Positions 29,035-36,229 of a stretch of DNA of 50,112 nt are shown here, piece by piece. The stretch's first letter is position 1, and each line of letters starts with the position of its first letter. The position numbers and the translations under genes were made by a program. This DNA comes from Candidatus Bathyarchaeia archaeon (lineage in GTDB: Archaea > Thermoproteota > Bathyarchaeia > Bathyarchaeales > Bathycorpusculaceae): assembly GCA_038883715.1 (NCBI GenBank), contig JAVZLS010000011.1, positions 1-50,112 of the forward strand, read 5' to 3'. Under the pieces are notes generated by a model, which did not search any database, was not told the origin of the DNA, and was given only the letters and a program-made list of their open reading frames with translations.

Positions 29035-30113
29035 AAAAAGTTTTCATATCAGACTGTGAAGGACCAATTTCAAAAAATGATAATGCCTTCGAACTGACAG
29101 CCCATTACGTGCCCAACGGCGAGCACATTTTCACCGTCATAAGTAGATATGACGACGTGCTTGCCGATGTCATTAAAAAGCCCGGTTACAAGGCTGGAGA
29201 TACGCTGAAGCTTATACTGCCCTTCCTGAGGGCTTATGGCGTCACAGACCACAAAATGCGGAGTTTTTCGGCTAACAACCTTGTGCTAATCTCAAATGTA
29301 AAAGAGAGTTTAGCGTTCATCCAAGGGGTTGCTCACGCGTTTATTGTAAGCACAAGCTACGAGCATTATGTTAGGGCGCTGTGCAAAGCCATAGACTTTC
29401 CATTTAAGAACGCCTACTGCACGAGGGTGAAAGTTGACAAATACTCGCTCAGCCAGAAGGAACAGGATAAGCTTAGAGAACTGGCGGCGGAAATTGCCAA
29501 AATGCCAGTTGTTGAAATTCCGAAGGGGGCAAGCTCCATCAGAGACTTTCCAAAACAGCACCAGCAAGTCATAAAAAGGCTTGATGAAATCTTCTGGGAA
29601 GAAATTGCCAAAATGGAAATAGGTAAAATTTTCGAAGAGGTCAATCCAATCGGCGGGCGGGAAAAAGCCGAGGCGGTTAGGCGAATAGCCGAAAAGTTGG
29701 GCATGAGCATGTCAGAAGTGGTTTATGTTGGCGACAGCATAACAGACAACGAAGCCTTCAAAACAGTGCGTAACGGGGGCGGCTTAACAATATCCTTTAA
29801 TGGCAATGAGTACGCCATAAGAGAGGCTGAAATAGCCGTAATGTCTGAAAAAGCGCTTGTAACAGCACTGATAATAGCAGTCTTCTGCAAGTATGGCAAA
29901 AAGGGGGTAATGGAGCTTGCTAACAAATGGAGCTTTCAAAGGATTAAGGAGCTTGACATTGAAGGAGAACTAAAAAACAGGTTTTTGGAAGTTTATGGCG
30001 ATAAACTTCCAAAAGTCGAAATTGTTACAGAAGCGAGTATGGAAAGACTAGCGAAAGAAAGCACGACTTTCCGCAAAACTGTCCGTGGCGAGGCTATAGG
30101 AAGATTAGGTTAG
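29031..30113 (+). CDS. HAD-superfamily hydrolase (COG4030/EhaR-like)
   Basis: ISDCEGPISKNDNAFE, VSTSY, K, YVGDSITD, SFNGNEYA. Confidence 0.85.
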   Translation: MKKVFISDCEGPISKNDNAFELTAHYVPNGEHIFTVISRYDDVLADVIKKPGYKAGDTLKLILPFLRAYGVTDHKMRSFSANNLVLISNVKESLAFIQGVAHAFIVSTSYEHYVRALCKAIDFPFKNAYCTRVKVDKYSLSQKEQDKLRELAAEIAKMPVVEIPKGASSIRDFPKQHQQVIKRLDEIFWEEIAKMEIGKIFEEVNPIGGREKAEAVRRIAEKLGMSMSEVVYVGDSITDNEAFKTVRNGGGLTISFNGNEYAIREAEIAVMSEKALVTALIIAVFCKYGKKGVMELANKWSFQRIKELDIEGELKNRFLEVYGDKLPKVEIVTEASMERLAKESTTFRKTVRGEAIGRLG

Positions 30114-31003
30114 GCTGGACTAAGCCGCTTAAACTTTTGCAGCCACTCATTTATCTGCTGGTCGAGTCTCCTACTTTTTGCTTTTCGCCTTTTGCCAGTC
30201 AACATTCTGTAGCCGCCCACAGCTTCGTAGGCTTTTAGGGCTAAAGCGTCAGCCTCCCCTTTTTGGAAGTCCCGCCACGCAAGGTTATGCCTAAAGCTTG
30301 ATGGTTGAATCCATTCAGGGGAGAAACTGTCAACCTCGTCTGGTTTTAGGCAGACACATACAACGTCAAGTTGGCGGTGGAGACTTAAGGGGCACGTGAA
30401 AACTCTGCCGGCATCCATTCTATTCTCAACTTTTACATTTTCAACCCTTAGACTTTCGATTATTTTCGGCATCGCCTTGGTATTTATGTATTCCACAATA
30501 GCATACGCAAAGTCCAACGGGTGCGCTTTGTTAAGCACCGCCTCTGATACGGCATCCTCATGAATATGAATGTGGCAGCCGTTCCCAGACCACTTAACAT
30601 AAATAGACTTTTCCACACCCTCATTTTTCAAGACGGAGAGAATTTCTCTTGCGACGGCAATAGTTTCCCGCCAGTTCTGCAACGACCCGTCAATATCCCA
30701 TGTTGGAGTGCAACGATAAACCCTCGAAAAGTCAACGTCTTCTATGCGCTCAACTGCGGGATACTTGTTGGCAGTGGCGTAAAAGGCTCTAGCCGTGTTC
30801 CTCAACCTTTTCAAAAGCGTTGCGAATTCTTCTTCGCTTTTGATTGCCATTGGTTTGCCGCCTAAATAACGTCTAAAAACAAGCCTTCCAGACTCGTCAA
30901 TGTAGTGGGCCGCCATCCACCTTTCTTTACAGAATTCGGCTATTTCCTTCTGCACCTCGGCCCTTGAATAGTGCTCAATCGCTAGGCTTTGGTAGTTCGA
31001 CAT
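30110..31003 (-). CDS. Stand-alone archaeo-eukaryotic primase (AEP) superfamily protein
   Basis: TWDID (motif I), WSGNGCHIH (motif II), RMDAGRVFTCPLSLH (motif III). Confidence 0.8.
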   Translation of the reverse strand: MSNYQSLAIEHYSRAEVQKEIAEFCKERWMAAHYIDESGRLVFRRYLGGKPMAIKSEEEFATLLKRLRNTARAFYATANKYPAVERIEDVDFSRVYRCTPTWDIDGSLQNWRETIAVAREILSVLKNEGVEKSIYVKWSGNGCHIHIHEDAVSEAVLNKAHPLDFAYAIVEYINTKAMPKIIESLRVENVKVENRMDAGRVFTCPLSLHRQLDVVCVCLKPDEVDSFSPEWIQPSSFRHNLAWRDFQKGEADALALKAYEAVGGYRMLTGKRRKAKSRRLDQQINEWLQKFKRLSPA

Positions 31004-31778
31004 CCCGCCTCTCCACTGCCCTTTGTATTCTCTCCATAACTTTTCTTGGAAGGGCTATGTCTTCTCTCCGCTCTTCGACCGGTCCAAGGATTACAAGTCC
31101 CTTTCCATGCTCTATGGTGATTTCGTGCATTTGGAGGCTATGGGGTGTCTGCCTCATCTTTTCCACAAGCACATAACGCCTCAAAACGCCGTTTCTAACA
31201 AAACGCCTAAACCTTATTATGCCGTCGGCTATGTGCTCGACTCCCCAGCCGAAAGCCTCGGAAGTGGTTATGGCATACTGTGAAGTCGCCAATATTGTGA
31301 AGTCCCATTTCGCCAGAACCTTCTTAACAAAGTATGAGTGGCGCCTCGCCATGGCCGGCTTGTCAAGCCAAAAAGCCGAAAGCGAATCAATAACTAGGCG
31401 AGCTCTCCCATAGCCCAAAGCCTTCTTAGCCTCAATAACCTTGTTCACAAGCTCCTCAACACTTAACGCCTTAATCGTCCACTGGTCCTCAGTTCCCATC
31501 AACGCGTCAATCAATATTAATTTGCCATCCTTTATAGCTGAAGAAAAATCAAAGCCGAACTGGCTGGCTTGAGTTATTATAGACTCACGGCTTTCCTCGG
31601 TTGTAACATAAATACACTTGTCACCATCGACTATGCCTTGCGCAATAAAATGAATGCAGAGGATAGTCTTGCCAGTGCCAGGCTCGCCAGTAACAGCCAC
31701 ACAAAAACCCCTAGGAATCCCGCCAGCAAGCATTTTATCGAGGGCTGGCACTCCGGTGGAAAGCCTTTCCACAGTCAA
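30975..31778 (-). CDS. Single-domain KaiC-like RecA-family ATPase
   Basis: STGVPALD, GEPGTGKT, TTEES, LVIDS, VEHIADG, VEKMRQT. Confidence 0.92.
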   Translation of the reverse strand: MTVERLSTGVPALDKMLAGGIPRGFCVAVTGEPGTGKTILCIHFIAQGIVDGDKCIYVTTEESRESIITQASQFGFDFSSAIKDGKLILIDALMGTEDQWTIKALSVEELVNKVIEAKKALGYGRARLVIDSLSAFWLDKPAMARRHSYFVKKVLAKWDFTILATSQYAITTSEAFGWGVEHIADGIIRFRRFVRNGVLRRYVLVEKMRQTPHSLQMHEITIEHGKGLVILGPVEERREDIALPRKVMERIQRAVERRDVELPKPSD

Positions 31779-31909
31779 ACTCAGACCCTAATTATTCTAT
31801 TCACATGCATTCTCTATAAATTATCCGTTTTAAGCCAGCTCAAGCGCTTTAGTTAAGCGAAAGTCTGAAAAGCTGAACTCTCAAAATATAGAAATGAGGG
31901 GGCAACACT

Positions 31910-32458
31910 GTGAGTTTATCTCCTGTTAAAAGGCTTATTCTTGAAACCACATGGATGCTAAACAAGCCTGTAAAACCTATGGAAGTGGCGGAGGAGGTTG
32001 GGCTAGGCTTTCCAACGGTTATGATGCATATGCTTGGTCTAGCAAAAATAGGTTATGTTAAGGCTGTAGAGAAAGGATACTACATCGTAACCGAAAAGGG
32101 ACGGGAAGCCCTAGGCTTGCCAACAATTAATAGTGAAAAAGCCAGGCAGATTTTAGAATATGTCCCGTTAGACAAAGCCTTCTACTTTTACGCAGACATA
32201 GGCAAGCCCCTAGGCGTTTATGCCACAAGCCTAGGAGACTTCTGTGAGAAAATACAGAAAATTGACATAAGCTCAATAGAGTTCCATCTAAACCGAGGAG
32301 ACTTCGAAGCTTGGTTTTCCGGGTTGGGCGACATAGAACTTGCCAAGAAAACGGCCCTCATAAGGGAACGCAAAATGTCTGGGGAGGAGTTGCGGAGTAA
32401 GCTCTACGAGGTCGTGAGAAGCCGCTACGAGGAGTTAGCTAAAATAAGACAGCAGTGA
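31910..32458 (+). CDS. Winged-helix protein with DUF5752-like C-terminal domain
   Basis: PMEVAEEVGL...YYIVTEKG; AFYFY...SIEFHLNRGDFEAW..LGDIELA. Confidence 0.75.
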   Translation: MSLSPVKRLILETTWMLNKPVKPMEVAEEVGLGFPTVMMHMLGLAKIGYVKAVEKGYYIVTEKGREALGLPTINSEKARQILEYVPLDKAFYFYADIGKPLGVYATSLGDFCEKIQKIDISSIEFHLNRGDFEAWFSGLGDIELAKKTALIRERKMSGEELRSKLYEVVRSRYEELAKIRQQ

Positions 32459-32467
32459 GCCGCGTCG

Positions 32468-33589
32468 CTAAATTGGCGTAAACCTTTCCTTCAACTTCTC
32501 AATGATCTGCGGCAACGTCGTATACTCCATAGACTCGGCACTTAGGCGGGCTGGTTCAAATTCACCCATACGCCGAAGCATGGTGGCATATTTCAATGCC
32601 TCCTTTCTCGCAAGGGCAAATGCTGGGTCAGCGAAAAAGTCTGTTATCATGGGCTTGCCATCATCATCGCTTGCTATTGCACCATCCGCAACTTGAAAGC
32701 CTAAAGCCACCATTCGCGGCGGTCCATCAAAAAGCGTGCACCGAGCATCTTTCAAACCAACAGGCATCAGCGGTCCCCAGTGGCTTCCCCTCATCCAACC
32801 AGCCACCAAATAACTGTGCATGAAGGGCGCTAGAACCTCTCCAACGGCTGGCAAACCGTGCTGTGTTCGAACAATCATCACCGGATCATCTTTTCCAACA
32901 TATTTTCCAGCGATCAGCGAAAGCTTCGTCACACTGCCAGAAGCGCATATTAAATCGTCTCTGCGGCGCCAAACCCGAGAAACTATGTAACGCTCAACAG
33001 TCCCAATTAGGGCGACAAGCTCATACATTTCCTCTGGACATTCAAGCACAACTTTCTTACCCTTTTGGGCATCAACAACCTCAAACTTGAAACCGCCAGC
33101 CATGTTTGGATCTATCACAAGTCCAGCAGTATTCATAGGATCGGCAAAAATCCTGAAAAGAGGCAGATTAAAGCTTCCAGCCGAAGTCTTATCAGCTGCA
33201 AAAACAACTATTGGTTCGGATTTCCGCTCCTCAATCTCCATTTCAGCCACTCCGGGGCCAAGTCCACGGACCGTCCCGCTGAAAGCGTTCTTCAACAAGT
33301 CTTGTCCAGCACCATAAAGCTTCAGTTCCAAGGCTTTGTTGGCAGCCTCCTGGAAAGTGTTCCATGCAAGCCTATGAATTTCAGGACTGGATTCGCCCCG
33401 CTCATGCACCATTAATAGCTCTAAGTCGTCGCCAACGTTGAAAACATAATAACTGTTGATTAGGCCCTCTTCCTTGGCTTTTTTTAGGTTTCTCTCTCCA
33501 ATGTTTAGTAGGGGTTTTGGGACCACATGATGTCCCGCCAGAGAGCCAACATCACATTTTATAAGGGAAATTGTGGTTTTTCTAGACAT
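32468..33589 (-). CDS. fbp: Bifunctional fructose-1,6-bisphosphate aldolase/phosphatase
   Basis: KCDVGS..GH, VGDD, LYGAGQDLL, ADKT, FADPMNTAGL, GKYVGKDDP, GWMRGSH. Confidence 0.96.
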   Translation of the reverse strand: MSRKTTISLIKCDVGSLAGHHVVPKPLLNIGERNLKKAKEEGLINSYYVFNVGDDLELLMVHERGESSPEIHRLAWNTFQEAANKALELKLYGAGQDLLKNAFSGTVRGLGPGVAEMEIEERKSEPIVVFAADKTSAGSFNLPLFRIFADPMNTAGLVIDPNMAGGFKFEVVDAQKGKKVVLECPEEMYELVALIGTVERYIVSRVWRRRDDLICASGSVTKLSLIAGKYVGKDDPVMIVRTQHGLPAVGEVLAPFMHSYLVAGWMRGSHWGPLMPVGLKDARCTLFDGPPRMVALGFQVADGAIASDDDGKPMITDFFADPAFALARKEALKYATMLRRMGEFEPARLSAESMEYTTLPQIIEKLKERFTPI

Positions 33590-33617
33590 GACATACCACT
33601 TTGAATCGGAACTCGGT

Positions 33618-33645
33618 CTAGAGTTTACCCTCTAGCTTTTAAAAG
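33618..33645. promoter_or_regulatory. Palindrome CTAGAG-N6-CTCTAG abutting a palindromic TATA box (CTTTTAAAAG) between fbp and the RHH regulator
   Basis: Read directly at 33618-33635 and 33636-33645. Confidence 0.5.
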
Positions 33646-33694
33646 ATTTCCGAAAGAAATAGAGAACAGCCAACATGAAAGGGCGTATAAGCAT

Positions 33695-34195
33695 ATGAGC
33701 GAGTTAAGAGTAATTTCAGTAAAGATACCCGACGAAGTTTACAAGGAGCTTCTTTTACGAGTCCCAGAAGGCGAAAGAAGCAACTTCATAAGAGACGCCA
33801 TAATAGAAAAGCTTCAAAAAACACCCAAACCCGACAAAATCCTCGAATTAGAGAAGCGGCTGGAAAAACTTGAGGCTGAATTCTCCCAAATAAGAAAATA
33901 CCTAGCAGACTTGGAACTGCTCACCTACGAGAGAGGCAAAACAAACCCGCATACTTTTTGCATAGACGAACTGGACCACAAAATAGTCGACTACCTCATA
34001 CACTATAAGGGCGCGACAACACCAGAACTAGCCGAATACACAAAAACAAATAGGTGGCTAATCCTAAACCGCCTAAGAAGAATAGAAAAAGCCTCAAAAA
34101 AGCAGCTGGGCAAACCCATAATCGAATATTATCCGGGAGAAAAAGGCGGAAAGAAAAAGGCATGGTGGATAAACGAAGAACTAATAGAAATCTAG
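33695..34195 (+). CDS. Ribbon-helix-helix + coiled-coil + winged-helix regulator
   Basis: VISVKIPDE...RSNFIRDAI; ATTPELAEY..NRWLILNRL. Confidence 0.8.
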   Translation: MSELRVISVKIPDEVYKELLLRVPEGERSNFIRDAIIEKLQKTPKPDKILELEKRLEKLEAEFSQIRKYLADLELLTYERGKTNPHTFCIDELDHKIVDYLIHYKGATTPELAEYTKTNRWLILNRLRRIEKASKKQLGKPIIEYYPGEKGGKKKAWWINEELIEI

Positions 34196-34243
34196 CAGTA
34201 CAACAACAAATAATTCTAGCGAAGTGCTAACTTATCCCTCGGA

Positions 34244-34353
34244 GGGCCCGTAGCCCAGTATGGATTAAGGCGCCGAATATGCATGCATAAACATGCATGT
34301 GCGCAAGCCTCCGGAGCCGGAGAACCGGGGTTCAAATCCCCGCGGGCCCGCCA
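34244..34353 (+). tRNA. tRNA-Arg(CCG) with 31-nt intron at 29/30 (34276-34306), CCA encoded
   Basis: Removing the intron gives anticodon arm CCGGC-CTCCGGA-GCCGG; acceptor GGGCCCG/CGGGCCC; GCGC/GCGC central helix with CGA and AAG bulges. Confidence 0.93.
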
Positions 34354-34408
34354 AAATTCTGCAAACTAGCCTTTCCCATGATTGCTTAACTCCACATATA
34401 GACAATTT

Positions 34409-34654
34409 TCAGGATTGTTTAGGCGTTAGCCTTAACAAGGACTGCTTTGATTTTTCATCGGCAAAGAACCTAACTTCTCCGCATTTTGGGCACACATAGA
34501 GCTCAAAGGACAATAACTCTTCGCCAAGCTCGGCTAGTTCCCCAAAGAAAAGTTTCCACACGCCAGAGGTGCCCTTAATCCGGAAAGGCACCTTCTGCGC
34601 AAACTGCAGCTCAACATTGCAGAGAGGACATTTCCGTACGCGGTGTTCGCTCAT
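34409..34654 (-). CDS. Small zinc-ribbon protein
   Basis: CPLC...YVCPKCGEVRFF. Confidence 0.75.
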   Translation of the reverse strand: MSEHRVRKCPLCNVELQFAQKVPFRIKGTSGVWKLFFGELAELGEELLSFELYVCPKCGEVRFFADEKSKQSLLRLTPKQS

Positions 34655-34670
34655 GGCTGGTCATCTTTTA

Positions 34671-34779
34671 TGGTGCGGCCGCCGGGATTCGAACCCGGGA
34701 TCGCAGGCTTGGAAGGCTTCCACACGCCGTTAACCGCCTTTACAGCGTCTGTGTCCTAACCAGACTAGACGACGGCCGC
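34671..34779 (-). tRNA. tRNA-Gly(TCC) with 31-nt intron at 29/30 (34718-34748), CCA encoded
   Basis: Removing the intron gives CAGGC-CTTCCAA-GCCTG; acceptor GCGGCCG/CGGCCGC; T loop TTCGAAT. Confidence 0.92.
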
Positions 34780-34831
34780 ACAACACTTTTCCTAAATTCA
34801 AAACGGATAAATAAAAATTCTTACCAGTTTT

Positions 34832-35452
34832 CTATTTGAAGCTGCCTCTAAGCTTTTTGGGAGCAGTCTTCTGCCTCTCCAAGTTTTTAAGCCTAGCGTA
34901 AAGCTTTGCAATCTTTGTTTTTGAAGGCCTCTTGCGTCGCATAATCCTTGAGGGCGGCGGTATAAACGGCTTTTTCGGCTCCTCAGTCTCCCTTTTCTTT
35001 GGAAGATCCACACATGGAATTTTCTTCACTTTTCGGAAGATTACATAACCTTCTTTCAAGTTCACTTCGCTGGTTTCCCATTCGGCATCAAGCCAAGACC
35101 GCGCATGCACAGTGTCAGGAGAATTTGCCCACCAGCTTTCAGAGCGGTAAGCCTCCATTGGAAGATTATCCCCGATAATCCCGTCTATTTGGGCAAAAGA
35201 CAGCTTAACGGAATCTGTGAATGCTGCCCTAAACTTCAAATATCCCTTAAGAGGCTCGTATTTGGCTTTAGACTTTGGAGAAACAATCTTCCTTGCACAG
35301 TTAAGGCAAAGCAGTCTTGAAGCGTCTCCGGTTGATACTTCTGGAACCATACAGTCTATGCAGAAGAGCTTGCCGCATCTCCAACACCGCCTAAGATAAT
35401 GGTAGGGAAGAACCCTTCCACAAAGTTGACACTCATCTTTGAAAGGCATCAA
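34832..35452 (-). CDS. Zn-finger protein with a conserved unknown domain and basic tail
   Basis: Four CxxC pairs; KYEPL..YL...LSFAQID.IIG..LP...WWAN...W domain. Confidence 0.75.
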   Translation of the reverse strand: MMPFKDECQLCGRVLPYHYLRRCWRCGKLFCIDCMVPEVSTGDASRLLCLNCARKIVSPKSKAKYEPLKGYLKFRAAFTDSVKLSFAQIDGIIGDNLPMEAYRSESWWANSPDTVHARSWLDAEWETSEVNLKEGYVIFRKVKKIPCVDLPKKRETEEPKKPFIPPPSRIMRRKRPSKTKIAKLYARLKNLERQKTAPKKLRGSFK

Positions 35453-35610
35453 ACCACTTTACCTGTTGTGCAAACGACTTAACAGTAACTGTGCATATAG
35501 GCTTTTCTAAGCCCCAACTGGGCAATCGTCACCATCAAAAAGCGTTCTGGAATTCGGAATCCAAAATAACATTTATAGCTATCCACCCCACGCCACAAAT
35601 CGTGAACTAA

Positions 35611-35973
35611 ATGCTTTTTAGCGAATACCTTCATGAAAAGGCCGAAGAATCAAGACACAACGAAACAATAGGATACCTAATAACCATAATAGGCTCAATA
35701 TTCTTCGTCGGAGGCCTCCTAGAAACCGTCATAACAGTAGAAAACCCAGAATGGTTCCTAATAATACCGTATCATCTGACATCACATCCCTACAGCCTTT
35801 TGGGCTTATCCCTAACACTCGCGGGCTTAGTCCTCCTAATTGTAGGCATAGCCCTAAGCATCCACTACGCAAAGGAAAGAGCATGGTACATGAAACAACT
35901 CCAAAAGGCACACACAGTCGAAGAACTAAAACTAAGGGAGAAAGAAGAAAAGGATAAGAGGAAAGCAAATTAA
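35611..35973 (+). CDS. Hypothetical 2-TM membrane protein
   Basis: Two hydrophobic helices, charged tail. Confidence 0.75.
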   Translation: MLFSEYLHEKAEESRHNETIGYLITIIGSIFFVGGLLETVITVENPEWFLIIPYHLTSHPYSLLGLSLTLAGLVLLIVGIALSIHYAKERAWYMKQLQKAHTVEELKLREKEEKDKRKAN

Positions 35974-36006
35974 TACAGCCACATACTGAATATTATTCGG
36001 CTAAAG

Positions 36007-36084
36007 GCTCCGGTAGTATAGTCCGGTCAAGTATAGCGGCCTCTCGAGCCGCGGACCCGGGTTCAAATCCCGGCCGGAGCACCA
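36007..36084 (+). tRNA. tRNA-Glu(CTC), CCA encoded
   Basis: GCTCCGG/CCGGAGC acceptor; GCGGC-CTCTCGA-GCCGC. Confidence 0.97.
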
Positions 36085-36103
36085 TGCAACATTTTACATA
36101 AAC

Positions 36104-36229
36104 GTCGGTAAATATCCGACATAATTTTGAAATATAATCGGTAAGAATTGCCTAAGTCGACATATAATCCGACAGATTTAAATAACCCTTCGACAGAAAT
36201 ACTTCTCTGGAGAGGCATAGCAAATGTCG
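36104..36229. promoter_or_regulatory. Promoter of HTH-fae-hps with clustered operator-like CGACA/GTCG sites
   Basis: GTCGG-N7-CCGAC (36104-20), GTCG-N10-CGAC (36156-73), CGACA at 36191, TGTCG at 36225; TATA TTTAAATA at 36177-84. Confidence 0.6.

Noticed and set aside
30975-31778. Circadian clock system
   Set aside because: Single-domain ATPase, no kaiA or kaiB, canonical ST phosphosites absent
34293-34499. 68-aa ORF in the track
   Set aside because: Overlaps tRNA-Arg and is antisense to a better ORF
34244-36084. Integrated element at tRNA genes
   Set aside because: No integrase and no duplicated tRNA 3' end seen
36104-36200. CRISPR mini-array
   Set aside because: Repeats are only 5-8 bp, irregularly spaced, and no cas genes are present
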